From an uncultured Methanosarcinales archaeon (GTDB lineage Archaea; Nanobdellota; Nanobdellia; Woesearchaeales; SKGA01), in contig CAZFEG010000001.1 in NCBI GenBank assembly GCA_964517565.1, forward strand, positions 1-57,512: a DNA stretch of 57,512 bases, read 5' to 3'. Position numbers and translations under genes: made by a program. Shown here one piece after another: positions 19,432-28,739 of the stretch. The notes beneath the pieces were generated by a model. The model made no database searches and was not told where the DNA came from. It worked only from the letters and a program-made list of their open reading frames with translations. The stretch's first letter is position 1; each line of letters opens with the position of its first letter.

Positions 19432-20429
19432 ATAATACAATGACCAAAAAAATACTAAATCCTATCATAAATTTCCTTCAAACGATTGGTGGGATTATCA
19501 AGAAAACCTGGAACCATAAAAAGGGTCGTATTGGACTAATATTAGTAGTTTTACTCGCATTAACTGCGATATTTGCACCATTAATAGCACCGTATGATCC
19601 ATATGATGTTCTTCAACGTGGTGAACGTGGAGTAGGTCCGTCATTAGATCATTTACTAGGTACAACATCATTTGGACAAGATATCTTTAGTATGCTTGTC
19701 TATGGCGCAAGAGTATCAATGACGATTGGTATTATAACTGCAATACTCATTTCCTTTACTGGAGCTATTATTGGTATCGCAGCTGGTTATTTAGGAAAAT
19801 TGCCAGATGCAGTTATCATGCGTATAGTAGATGTTATGCTTGTAATACCAACATTGCCAATTACAATCGTTTTAACAAATCTATTTGGGAAAAGCTATCC
19901 AATGCTTATATTTATCTTTACATTATTTGGATGGGCCGGGTTATCACGTGTTGTAAGATCACAAGTACTTACAATTAAAAATACTAACTATGTAAAAAGT
20001 GCTGAGTTATTTGGTGGATCTAAATGGTATATTATGACAAAACATATATTACCAGGTGTATCAAATCAATTAATTATGAATACAGCTATGACAGCTGCAG
20101 GGGTAATGATTGCTGAAGCTGGACTGAGTTTCTTAGGTCTAGGAAATACTGAATTTATCAGTTGGGGGAAAATGCTTGCTGATGCACAATCTAGTGGTGC
20201 TTTTATACTTGGATACTGGTGGTGGATTCTAGCACCTGCTCTTGGAATCTTTCTTTCAGTAAGTTCGTATATGCTCATTGGATTTAGTTTAGAAGAAATT
20301 TTTAATCCAAGAATGAGCTCAAATTCAAGTCAATTCAAAGTACTAAAAACTCTCAGTGGTAAATACATCCAAGAATTATTTGATGAGATGGAAACTATTG
20401 ATAATCAGGGTGGTGAACACAATGACTGA
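19428..20429 (+). CDS. Opp/Dpp-type ABC transporter permease (OppC-like)
   Basis: The start overlaps the upstream stop (ATGA). The EAA-loop region is YVKSAELFGGSKWYIMTKHILPGV. Confidence 0.9.
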   Translation: MNNTMTKKILNPIINFLQTIGGIIKKTWNHKKGRIGLILVVLLALTAIFAPLIAPYDPYDVLQRGERGVGPSLDHLLGTTSFGQDIFSMLVYGARVSMTIGIITAILISFTGAIIGIAAGYLGKLPDAVIMRIVDVMLVIPTLPITIVLTNLFGKSYPMLIFIFTLFGWAGLSRVVRSQVLTIKNTNYVKSAELFGGSKWYIMTKHILPGVSNQLIMNTAMTAAGVMIAEAGLSFLGLGNTEFISWGKMLADAQSSGAFILGYWWWILAPALGIFLSVSSYMLIGFSLEEIFNPRMSSNSSQFKVLKTLSGKYIQELFDEMETIDNQGGEHND

Positions 20430-21417
20430 TAAAATACTAAAAATAAGATCTTTAAAAGTTATATTTCCAACTGAAAGAGGAATTGTAAAAGCGGTTGAAG
20501 GTATTGATTTTGATGTTTATAAGGGAGAATGTGTAGCAATCGTAGGTGAAAGTGGATGCGGTAAAAGTGTTTCATCACTTGCATTTATGAGATTACTTCA
20601 AACGCCACCTGCAATTGTTGATACAAAGGTCCATGAATTTGATGGAGTAGACATACGTAATTATTCAGATAAACAAATGAAAAATATCCTTGGAACTAAA
20701 ATGACAATGATATTTCAAGATGCTTTAAGTGCATTAAATCCGGTTATAAAAGTTGGAAAACAGATAGATGAAATCTATATTAAAAAACTTGGATATTCAA
20801 AAAGCGAAGCTAAAATTGCATCAATTGAAATTTTACGTTTAGTTGGTGTTCCAAGTCCAGAAAAAAGATACAATGATTATCCCCACCAATTATCTGGTGG
20901 AATGCGTCAAAGAGCACTAATTGGGATGTCTTTCGCAAGTGATCCTAAATTGATGATTGCTGATGAACCTACCACTGCTCTTGATGTAACAATTGAAGCT
21001 CAAATTCTTCAACTACTTAAAGACTTACAAAAGAAAAACGATATGGCATTAGTATTAATTACTCATGATTTGTCTGTTGTAAGAAGAGTCGCGGATAGAG
21101 TATATGTCATGTATTGTGGGAAAATCGTTGAAGAAGGTCCAACAAAAGATGTATTTAGGAATCCAAAACACCCATATACACTAGGTCTCATAAATTCAAT
21201 GCCAAAAATAGGGACAGAAAAACAAGAATTCACACAAATTCCTGACAATGTTCCTCATCCACTGCATAAACCTGATGGTTGTTATTTTAGACCTAGATGT
21301 TCAAATACAGATGTAACTATATGTAAGAATTGTATGTCGCCGCTAGTTGATTTAGGCGGGGGACAACGTGTTAGATGTTGGAATCCATTAAAGAATAAAG
21401 TAGGTGGAGATAAATGA
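20422..21417 (+). CDS. Opp/Dpp-type ABC transporter ATP-binding protein (OppD-like)
   Basis: Motifs: Walker A GESGCGKSV, signature LSGGMRQR and Walker B LMIADEPTTALD, plus a Cys-rich C-terminal tail. The start is taken at MTDKIL, overlapping the upstream stop, not the longer ORF-track start. Confidence 0.92.
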   Translation: MTDKILKIRSLKVIFPTERGIVKAVEGIDFDVYKGECVAIVGESGCGKSVSSLAFMRLLQTPPAIVDTKVHEFDGVDIRNYSDKQMKNILGTKMTMIFQDALSALNPVIKVGKQIDEIYIKKLGYSKSEAKIASIEILRLVGVPSPEKRYNDYPHQLSGGMRQRALIGMSFASDPKLMIADEPTTALDVTIEAQILQLLKDLQKKNDMALVLITHDLSVVRRVADRVYVMYCGKIVEEGPTKDVFRNPKHPYTLGLINSMPKIGTEKQEFTQIPDNVPHPLHKPDGCYFRPRCSNTDVTICKNCMSPLVDLGGGQRVRCWNPLKNKVGGDK

Positions 21418-22391
21418 CATATGATGATACTAAAAAAGAAGTCATACTTGAAATAGAAAACTTAGATGTAGATTTCCCAGTTGCCAAAAGCATATTAAAA
21501 AGAAAAAGAGAATATGTGAGTGCAGTCAAAAACGTCTCACTCAAAATTGAAAAAGGGAACTGTGTTGCAATCGTTGGAGAATCAGGTTGTGGTAAAACAA
21601 CCCTAGCAAATACAATGATAGGCCTAGTTTCTCCAACACAAGGTACTGTAAAATACAGAGGAAAAGATATTTATAAAGTATCAAAATCAGAATACAAAGA
21701 AATTAGAACTAGAATGCAATTAATATTCCAAGATCCATATTCTTCAATGAATCCAAGATTTACTGTTAGAGATATTATTGCTGAGCCATATAAAATAAGA
21801 AAAAATATTGATGAATCACAGATAGATTTTCATGTAATTCGCTTATTAGAAACAGTTGGATTAGACAAAGCAGATATGGACCGCCATATCTACAATTTTA
21901 GTGGTGGACAAAGACAAAGAATTGCCATTGCAAGAGCTATTGCTCTAAATCCAGAATTTCTAATATGTGATGAACCAGTTTCAGCACTTGATGTATCTAT
22001 TCATGCTCAAATTCTTAATTTATTAATTGATTTGCAAAAAGAATTGAATTTAACTTATTTATTCATTTCTCACAACCTAGCAGTTATAAGGAATATCAGT
22101 AATTATGTAGCAGTAATGTATTTAGGGGAGATAGTAGAATATGGTGAAGTTGATGATATCTTTAATAATCCAATACACCCATATACAAAAGCACTACTAA
22201 GTACAGTCAAAGATACAGATCCAATCATTTTAGACGGTGAGATTGCATCACCAATTAATCCGCCAAGTGGATGTAGGTTTAGCACTAGATGTTATAATGT
22301 TATACCTTCTTGTCATGAAATACATCCAACACTTCTGGAAATTGAAAAAGGCCATTTTGCTGCATGTAATTTGGTTAAGCCTAAGTTATAA
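21414..22391 (+). CDS. Opp/Dpp-type ABC transporter ATP-binding protein (OppF-like)
   Basis: Motifs: Walker A GESGCGKTT, signature FSGGQRQR and Walker B FLICDEPVSALD, plus a Cys-rich C-terminal tail. The start overlaps the upstream stop. Confidence 0.92.
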   Translation: MTYDDTKKEVILEIENLDVDFPVAKSILKRKREYVSAVKNVSLKIEKGNCVAIVGESGCGKTTLANTMIGLVSPTQGTVKYRGKDIYKVSKSEYKEIRTRMQLIFQDPYSSMNPRFTVRDIIAEPYKIRKNIDESQIDFHVIRLLETVGLDKADMDRHIYNFSGGQRQRIAIARAIALNPEFLICDEPVSALDVSIHAQILNLLIDLQKELNLTYLFISHNLAVIRNISNYVAVMYLGEIVEYGEVDDIFNNPIHPYTKALLSTVKDTDPIILDGEIASPINPPSGCRFSTRCYNVIPSCHEIHPTLLEIEKGHFAACNLVKPKL

Positions 22392-22461
22392 TTATTTCCC
22401 CATCTCTTAACAAAATAACAGGATGGGTATAAGACACTAAGATGGGTGGGGATATATTTAA

Positions 22462-23718
22462 ATGAATGCATATAAAATTCTAAAAGGAAACCTAACAAAA
22501 ACAATGGGTTGCACTGATATTGGTGTAGTAGGGTTTATCGCTTCAATTGGAGCATACGTTTTACGTAACTCAAAAATCAAAAGTGTCAAACTTACTATGA
22601 GTGAAGAATTATATAAAAACAGTGTTAATGTTGGTGTTCCCGGATTACACAAAAGCGGCTTAGATAAAGCATTAGCATTAGGTTTATTACTTAAAAATCC
22701 AAAAAACAAATTATCGGTATTTGAAAGTGTAACAAATGATGACATTGATAAGATAGATGAGTTACTATCTAACACTGATGTGCAAATTAATTATCAAAAA
22801 TTTGAAAATACTGTTCTTTATGAAAAATTACATCTTACATCTTTCACTGGTGATGAAGTGATAATTATTATTGAAGATTTATATGACAATGTTGTTAGTG
22901 TTAAAAGAAACGGCGTTAAATTGTCTGAGTTTGAAAAAGATGCATTAATTGAAAATGTAAACAAATATAAAATCGAAAATTATGATGAAATCCTTGATTA
23001 TGTTGAAGAAGCAAGTTTTGATGAGCTTGAAGAATTGTTTCATATTGCCAAACTACAATATGAAAATGCTAGAGAAGAGATTATGAATCAAAAAGGTAAT
23101 TATTTAGTTGAAAATTTACAAAAACATAGCAAAGATTGCATTTACGATCTTTCAAATTATTTAAGGAAACATATTGAAGTACCAGCATTAAAAAGAATGC
23201 GTGGAGACCTATTTACTGTTTATGGTGTTGCTGGAAGTGGTAATCTTGGTATCGGGACATTGGTAACTCCAATGTTTATTGCAGATGCCCTTGAATTAAG
23301 TGATTTGCTTCGAAGAAAATTAATTGTTTTATCATTCATGACAAGTGTATATGTTAAACAAGAAATGAGTGTTGTAACAGTTTTATGTGGAACAGGTCAT
23401 GCAACCGGATGTAGTGCTGCTGCAGTCATAGCATATGCCAAAAATGCAACACGTGAAGAAGTAAAGGAGTCCATTAATGTATATTTATCTACCTCTATGG
23501 GCTTTGTATGTGATGGTGCTAAATTATCATGTACTGATAAAGTAGCTTTTGCTGCCATGAATGGAACAATCGCCGGCAAGAAAGTTATTGATCACAATTC
23601 CATATATGATGGGACAGGAATCAACAAGATTAGTGTAGATCAAACAATAACTAATCTTGGAAAACTAAATAATGAAATACTTAAATCGGCAAATAATGGA
23701 ATCATTAAACTAATATAG
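22462..23718 (+). CDS. UPF0597 / CyuA(YhaM)-like L-cysteine desulfidase family protein (serine-dehydratase-alpha-like Fe-S enzyme)
   Basis: The N-terminus TMGCTDIGVVGFIASIGAY, KNSVNVGVPG, the Cys-containing segments CGTGHATGCSAAAV and VCDGAKLSCTDKVA, and the length of 418 aa all match my recollection of this family. Confidence 0.75.
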   Translation: MNAYKILKGNLTKTMGCTDIGVVGFIASIGAYVLRNSKIKSVKLTMSEELYKNSVNVGVPGLHKSGLDKALALGLLLKNPKNKLSVFESVTNDDIDKIDELLSNTDVQINYQKFENTVLYEKLHLTSFTGDEVIIIIEDLYDNVVSVKRNGVKLSEFEKDALIENVNKYKIENYDEILDYVEEASFDELEELFHIAKLQYENAREEIMNQKGNYLVENLQKHSKDCIYDLSNYLRKHIEVPALKRMRGDLFTVYGVAGSGNLGIGTLVTPMFIADALELSDLLRRKLIVLSFMTSVYVKQEMSVVTVLCGTGHATGCSAAAVIAYAKNATREEVKESINVYLSTSMGFVCDGAKLSCTDKVAFAAMNGTIAGKKVIDHNSIYDGTGINKISVDQTITNLGKLNNEILKSANNGIIKLI

Positions 23719-23734
23719 TAAAATGGAGGCAAAA

Positions 23735-24112
23735 ATGAAAATTATACATACTGAAAATGCACCAAAAGCCGTTGGTCCATATAGCCAAGGTATCATGGTA
23801 AAAGATACACTCTATGTTTCAGGACAAATACCTTATGATCCAAAGACATCAAAAGCAGCTGGAAATGATATAAAATCACAAACTCTTCAATCCTTAAGAA
23901 ATGTTCTTGAAATAGTTTATGCAGCAGGGTTGGATAAAGAAAACATTATCAAATGTGGTGTATTCTTGAAAGACTTAGGAATGTTTAATGATATGAATGA
24001 AGTTTACGCCGACTTCTTTGGTGAACATAAACCTGCAAGATTTGCGGTCGAAGTAAAAAGATTACCATTAGATGTATTAGTGGAAATAGATGCAGTAGCA
24101 GTAAACGAATAG
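23735..24112 (+). CDS. ridA: RidA-family reactive enamine/imine deaminase
   Basis: The protein shows MKIIHTENAPKAVGPYSQG...YVSGQIP...PARFAVEVKRLPLDVLVEIDAVA. The start is taken at the ATG behind a GGAGG RBS. Confidence 0.92.
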   Translation: MKIIHTENAPKAVGPYSQGIMVKDTLYVSGQIPYDPKTSKAAGNDIKSQTLQSLRNVLEIVYAAGLDKENIIKCGVFLKDLGMFNDMNEVYADFFGEHKPARFAVEVKRLPLDVLVEIDAVAVNE

Positions 24113-24195
24113 AAGGAAAACCAATATCCTAATTAAAATAAAATTTGACATAGGAGACAATGAAAAAAAGGTGCAATTTTTTATTTTGTCCATAC

Positions 24196-24235
24196 AAAAA
24201 GACTATGATGTTTTAAATTTTATCATAGTCTTTTT
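24196..24235. terminator. Bidirectional intrinsic terminator between the convergent ridA and S-component genes
   Basis: aaaaagactatgat-(12 nt)-atcatagtcttttt forms a 14-bp stem flanked by A and T runs. Confidence 0.85.
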
Positions 24236-24300
24236 TACTGCCTATTTTTAATGTAATACTGAAAATAGATATTTTTGTTAAGGTTATGGATCATTAAGAA

Positions 24301-24828
24301 TTACTTATATATATTTACAATTGATTTATTTGTTTCTAATCCGATATCTGATAGTACTTTATACAGTGGTTTAAACATCCATAGTACTGTCAAAAATCCT
24401 GTTGTAGCCATGATCAACTCAAATGGAATATCTGAAATCAAATAAGGAATAAAATTCGGTATACCTGTTTGAATCATATTAAATGGAATAAACATCCATC
24501 CATAAATAAATCCAAATACCATTGCGAATAATGCTAGTTTAAGCTCATTTTTCGTTCTTCTTAATATTGTATGATAGCTAAGTGGTATAAGATACCACGA
24601 CAACATCATTGGAACCATATAGAAAACATTAAATCCTCCCATATATAAACTATCTAAGAAAACATATGAAGTAATCATTATCATACTCTCTTTAAATGAA
24701 AACACGCTAACAAATAGGATAATCAATAAAACAGTTAATTGAACATTTGGTAAAAACATTAACAATTGTTCCTGAGTAAAAAGGATAGCAACAGATAATG
24801 CAATCATTAATAATCTTTTCGTTTCCAT
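24301..24828 (-). CDS. ECF-transporter S-component-like small integral membrane protein (175 aa, ~6 TM); last gene of the B12-riboswitch operon
   Basis: The protein is highly hydrophobic with about 6 TM segments, and its size fits ECF S components. The start overlaps the upstream stop (TAATG). Any B12 link is inferred from operon position only. Confidence 0.65.
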   Translation of the reverse strand: METKRLLMIALSVAILFTQEQLLMFLPNVQLTVLLIILFVSVFSFKESMIMITSYVFLDSLYMGGFNVFYMVPMMLSWYLIPLSYHTILRRTKNELKLALFAMVFGFIYGWMFIPFNMIQTGIPNFIPYLISDIPFELIMATTGFLTVLWMFKPLYKVLSDIGLETNKSIVNIYK

Positions 24829-25262
24829 TAATTACCATCTCCTATTTCTGTGAATTCAAATGTAAATACATCACCATCATTTAATGATATCGAGTCTATT
24901 CCCATTGTTGAATATACATCGTTTTCATATATTCCAATATAATTGTCAGACCAATTAGTTTCTATTGTGTCTATTTTCATAATAACTCTACTTCCAAATA
25001 ACACAGGATCACAATTATCATTTATGTTATATGAGTTATCTGCACACATCAAATTGAAGTCTCCATCTAATATTGAGAATAAAGTATCACTTTCTGTGAA
25101 ACCGTATGTTTTATTAAATGTAGTATCTCCAATTTCATCAACAAGAATAATTGTTATTTCACCAAGTGTATCGTTTTTATTTAGTTGTGAAAATATTATT
25201 AAACTAGCCGTTGTAATTGCTATAACTATGATTGTAATTACTAGTTTCTTCAAATTTCTCAC
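24828..25262 (-). CDS. Membrane-anchored DUF4430-like protein (144 aa)
   Basis: An N-terminal TM anchor (LVITIIVIAITTASLIIF) is followed by a single beta-domain ending in YIGIYENDVYSTMGIDSISLNDGDVFTFEF (DUF4430-like pattern). The exact start is uncertain: GTG at 25262, or TTG 9 nt downstream. Confidence 0.7.
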   Translation of the reverse strand: MRNLKKLVITIIVIAITTASLIIFSQLNKNDTLGEITIILVDEIGDTTFNKTYGFTESDTLFSILDGDFNLMCADNSYNINDNCDPVLFGSRVIMKIDTIETNWSDNYIGIYENDVYSTMGIDSISLNDGDVFTFEFTEIGDGN

Positions 25263-25271
25263 ATCCTTGTT

Positions 25272-26636
25272 TTATTTGAAATTATATGGATTAACTGCTG
25301 AATATGTGTTTGAGTACACTTGATAAGCTACTAACGCTAAGAAAGCTTGCGGTGTACTAAAAGCTAAGTCTTCAGTTTGTTCATCATTCTTTTCCCAATC
25401 AAATGAACCAGTTTCAGTTTGAAAACTTAGTAAACTTGTTATTAAGTTCCCATCAGTTTTTGTATAATTTGGTCCAGTAGGATCAATCCCGTTTGCAAGT
25501 AATCCAAGAATTACTTGAGCAATGCTTGATGCATTTTCCGTTCCAGGATAAGTCGTATCTCCCCAAACTACCTCTCTTGTTAGTAATCCCCCACTTTCAA
25601 GTTGAGAAGTACTAATCCAAGAAATAAAATCATTTACTAAATCTTGAACACCAGGTTCATCAGTGTGATTGCTAAGTGCCATAATACTCACCGCTCCTGC
25701 ATCTAATCCAAGATCATATGGAGTTGTTGTAGATAAGTCATCTAAAGCAGCAGATAAATATGTTGAATAATCAAACATATACGTATAACTATCTAATGCT
25801 AGTAATGCATATGCAGTTTGTCCATAAGGACCTACTGTTGCCATATAATTTAATTCTTCCATTAATGTATATGTGTTATATTCAACACATTTTAGTTTCA
25901 CAATCGCCTTAAAATAATCATTTACAGAGGGTTCATCATCCAATACTACTAATGATTCAACTTCTGAATTTGTAACATAATGATTTACGTTATCTAGCAA
26001 ATATAATGCTGCAATTACATTATAATCGATTATTTCATCATTCACATAATCACTTGCATAGTTGTCTAAAAATAAATTGATAGCGTTGTATACAGCTTCT
26101 TGAACAGGGTCCCACCATACAACCTCAAATGAGAATACGTCTTCATCATCAAATTCAATTGAATCTACTCCAGCACTTGCTGGTTCTCCATTCTCTGAAA
26201 GTTGAATAAATGCTCCTTCCATTGGAGTTAATCCATGCATAGACTTTAAATAAATTCCATAGTCTGTTTCATCATACTCGATTGCATAATTTGAATCCAA
26301 CAGATCAAATAGACTTCCTTGAAAATCGTCATTAAATCCGATAGTCTTGATTCCTACAGAGTCATCCTCATAAACGAGATTCACTGTAATAACATTATCA
26401 AAGGTAAGTTGTTGTAATTCTTTGATTAGTCGTCTTAATGTTTCTTGCATTTCTTCAAGATTATTAGTTTCACCTGGTTCTATTTGAGAAGAAGTCATAA
26501 TTGCAAATATTTCGTCTTCCAACTCATCAATTTGTTGTTGTCTTACTTCTAAATCTTCATCTTTTGCATTTAAATTACATCCAGCTAAAACTAATACAAG
26601 TAAAAACACAGATGCCATAGAGAATAGTTTTTTCAT
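25272..26636 (-). CDS. Surface lipoprotein (454 aa): DUF4430-like domain plus prenyltransferase/transcobalamin-like alpha/alpha-toroid domain; first gene after the cobalamin riboswitch
   Basis: The signal peptide has lipobox LAGC. A DUF4430-like segment is present (GIYLKSMHGL...FIQLSENGEPASAGVDSIEFDDEDVFSFEVVWW). The C-terminal half is helical with repeats of the Q..xGxF/W type (SQLESGGLL, FQTETGSFDW). An AAGGAGG RBS lies upstream. Confidence 0.8.
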   Translation of the reverse strand: MKKLFSMASVFLLVLVLAGCNLNAKDEDLEVRQQQIDELEDEIFAIMTSSQIEPGETNNLEEMQETLRRLIKELQQLTFDNVITVNLVYEDDSVGIKTIGFNDDFQGSLFDLLDSNYAIEYDETDYGIYLKSMHGLTPMEGAFIQLSENGEPASAGVDSIEFDDEDVFSFEVVWWDPVQEAVYNAINLFLDNYASDYVNDEIIDYNVIAALYLLDNVNHYVTNSEVESLVVLDDEPSVNDYFKAIVKLKCVEYNTYTLMEELNYMATVGPYGQTAYALLALDSYTYMFDYSTYLSAALDDLSTTTPYDLGLDAGAVSIMALSNHTDEPGVQDLVNDFISWISTSQLESGGLLTREVVWGDTTYPGTENASSIAQVILGLLANGIDPTGPNYTKTDGNLITSLLSFQTETGSFDWEKNDEQTEDLAFSTPQAFLALVAYQVYSNTYSAVNPYNFK

Positions 26637-26662
26637 AAGTTCCTCCTTCTAAGTATTATGAA

Positions 26663-26916
26663 ATAAAAAAAACCATCCTCCCGGATGATTAAACGTATAA
26701 ATAACTAAAAAAATACCAAAGTTAAATAACGATATACTCATGACCCAGGAGTATTACAATTTATTAGATAGCTAGGTAGGTCTACCGGCTTGAATTCGTC
26801 CTACTATGCACCTTCCCGCTAAATAGCAGTGGTATTTTGCATTTCGTCCTTCGTACGGTTGCTGGGACAGCTTGAGATTTTAACTCAATTCCCTGTTATG
26901 TCTTACGACACCTAAT
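26663..26916 (-). promoter_or_regulatory. Cobalamin (B12) riboswitch with terminator-type expression platform
   Basis: The gene strand carries conserved cores. These are AACAGGGAA..GAGTTAAAATCTCAAGCTGTCCCAGCAACCGTA, CCACTG...GCGGGAAGG and the B12 box AGCCGGTAGACCTACC (26775..26790). P1 is TAGGT/ACCTA. Downstream is the hairpin catcc-ggga-ggatg followed by T8. Confidence 0.9.
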
Positions 26917-26928
26917 ATCTACTCTATA

Positions 26929-26957
26929 ATTCTATGACTAAATAAAGCAGTTGTCAA
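26929..26957 (-). promoter_or_regulatory. SigA-type promoter (TTGACA-17-TAGAAT) driving the riboswitch operon
   Basis: TTGACA, a 17-nt spacer and TAGAAT end about 12 nt before the riboswitch P1 stem. Confidence 0.65.
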
Positions 26958-26970
26958 TGAAAAGAGACAA

Positions 26971-27414
26971 CTATTTTCCAGTACTTCCAAATCCGCCATT
27001 TCTTACTTTAGTTACAACCTCTTCATCAGGGCTTACTAAATATTTTTGAAAGATTCCTTGAGCTACTCTTTCACCTTTTTTAAGGGTTGTAGTTTCCGTA
27101 CCAAAATTATGTAAAGACACAAATATAGCACCATCATTGTCTTTATTACCATAATAGTCTTTATCTATTATCCCAACATTGTTTGGAATCGTTAAATGAT
27201 AGTTTTTAGGTAAGCTAGATCTTGGATAAAGCATTAATACCTCATCATCTTGCATGTAAGCTTTTAATCCAGTAACACTAAGTTTAATTTCTCCAGGTTC
27301 AATTGTAACATCTTCAATAATTGCAATATCATATCCAGCACTATATATAGTGCTTCTTTTAGGTAATTTTATATCTAGATTCTCGTATCCTTTTGCTATT
27401 TTAAAACCTCTCAC
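26971..27414 (-). CDS. dut: dUTP diphosphatase (trimeric dUTPase)
   Basis: Motifs SAGYDI, PRSSL, GIIDKDYYGN and C-terminal RNGGFGSTG are present. The GTG start overlaps the Nudix stop (GTGA) and sits behind an AAGGGGA RBS. Confidence 0.9.
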   Translation of the reverse strand: MRGFKIAKGYENLDIKLPKRSTIYSAGYDIAIIEDVTIEPGEIKLSVTGLKAYMQDDEVLMLYPRSSLPKNYHLTIPNNVGIIDKDYYGNKDNDGAIFVSLHNFGTETTTLKKGERVAQGIFQKYLVSPDEEVVTKVRNGGFGSTGK

Positions 27415-27923
27415 TGTGTCATCCCCTTAAGTAATTTTAAGACATAAAGTTCTCTTTCAGTCCAATGGTATTCACTACCATTATCAAATTTTATTTGGTT
27501 AACTCTTATTGCTTCATCTATTTCTACCCATCTAGGAACAAATCTTAGATTTTGCTCATATATATCTAAATCCTGTTCAAAATCTTCATCAAGCACAGAA
27601 CAAAAATAATAAAATGATCTTAAAAAGAAATACTTTCTATCATCATAAATATCATTATACATTTGATCTACATATCCTAAGGGTTCATTTACGCTATTAA
27701 CTTTTTTTCCTACTTCTTCTAACACTTCTCTTCTTAAAGCAATATGTCTGATTTCATGTTCATTAATCCCACCACCAGGAAACTTATACTCTTTAGATTC
27801 TTCTGAATATACAAGTAGTATCTTATTATTTTTTAATATTATTGCTCGTACACTATCACGATATATTATAGGCTGATGTCCAAGTAGTTTGTCTCTCTTA
27901 TCAAATATCTTTAGTAATTTCAT
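27411..27923 (-). CDS. Nudix-family hydrolase
   Basis: A complete Nudix box is present: GGGINEHEIRHIALRREVLEEVGK (G-x5-E-x7-REVxEExG). The start overlaps the methyltransferase stop. Confidence 0.9.
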   Translation of the reverse strand: MKLLKIFDKRDKLLGHQPIIYRDSVRAIILKNNKILLVYSEESKEYKFPGGGINEHEIRHIALRREVLEEVGKKVNSVNEPLGYVDQMYNDIYDDRKYFFLRSFYYFCSVLDEDFEQDLDIYEQNLRFVPRWVEIDEAIRVNQIKFDNGSEYHWTERELYVLKLLKGMTQ

Positions 27924-28630
27924 TTTAGAACCACAATCAGCGAAGTAGCTGAATCAAATCCATTCTTCTCAATATACATTTTTATTTTCTCAGCCTTTTT
28001 TTCAAAATATTCAAAATTATCCGACTCTTTTACGCTTTCCATAATTCGTTCCAGTGTTTTATATAACCATTCTATTTCTTCTTTAGAGTTTGTCTCTTTT
28101 TTAGGATAATTTAAATCCCAAGCATCTTTTATGGACAAAGCACTTTTTTCTTTTAATAATTTCAGTATCTGCTTACTAGTAAGAGTCTCATCGTGATAAT
28201 TGCCTCTATCTCTATCAATTTCAGCTGCGAAATGGTGTAATAATAGATGGCTTTTTTGACGTTTATCAAGATTGTTATTTACCATCTCACAAAAAACAAG
28301 GGCACCTCCAGGTTTTAGTACTCTTTCCATTTCGGTTAAAGTAGCTTTAATATCTTCTAAATGGTGAATAGAATTTGATAAGCAAACATAATCAAAAGTA
28401 TCATCTTCAAATTCCATACTGAGAGCATCCATATGAAAGAAGTTAATTCTCTCGTCTTTAAAATAGATTTTGCATCCTTCAATTGCTGATTCAATAAGAT
28501 CGATTCCAATTATTTCAGAAAACTTATCTGTAAGCTGAGTTATGATTGTAATAAAGTTTCCATTACCCGTTCCGATATCAAGTATTTTAGAATTGTCTTT
28601 TTCATTGAATAATTCTGTTAATTTATTCAT
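27920..28630 (-). CDS. Class I SAM-dependent methyltransferase
   Basis: The SAM-binding motif ILDIGTGNGNF and the post-I/II motifs (IIGIDL, LKPGGALVF) are present. The start is taken at MNKLTE behind an AAGGGTG RBS. Confidence 0.85.
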   Translation of the reverse strand: MNKLTELFNEKDNSKILDIGTGNGNFITIITQLTDKFSEIIGIDLIESAIEGCKIYFKDERINFFHMDALSMEFEDDTFDYVCLSNSIHHLEDIKATLTEMERVLKPGGALVFCEMVNNNLDKRQKSHLLLHHFAAEIDRDRGNYHDETLTSKQILKLLKEKSALSIKDAWDLNYPKKETNSKEEIEWLYKTLERIMESVKESDNFEYFEKKAEKIKMYIEKNGFDSATSLIVVLK

Positions 28631-28661
28631 TGCAATCACCCTTAATATTATTCGATATTAT

Positions 28662-28670
28662 ATTATACCA
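28662..28670 (-). promoter_or_regulatory. Extended -10 promoter element (TGgTATAAT) of the methyltransferase-Nudix-dut operon
   Basis: TGGTATAAT on the gene strand lies about 32 nt upstream of the start codon. Confidence 0.55.
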
Positions 28671-28739
28671 TAATGTAAAGGTTTACAATAGTGATTTTTG
28701 GCTAACTAACAACATTAAATAAAAAATAGTGAATAGATT

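Noticed and set aside
24160-24216. An 18-codon ORF (MKKRCNFLFCPYKKTMMF) with a GGAGA sequence 4 nt upstream lies between ridA and the terminator.
   Set aside because: It is very short, and its 3' half is simply the left arm of the bidirectional terminator hairpin. The RBS spacing is too tight, and nothing supports it as a real peptide gene.
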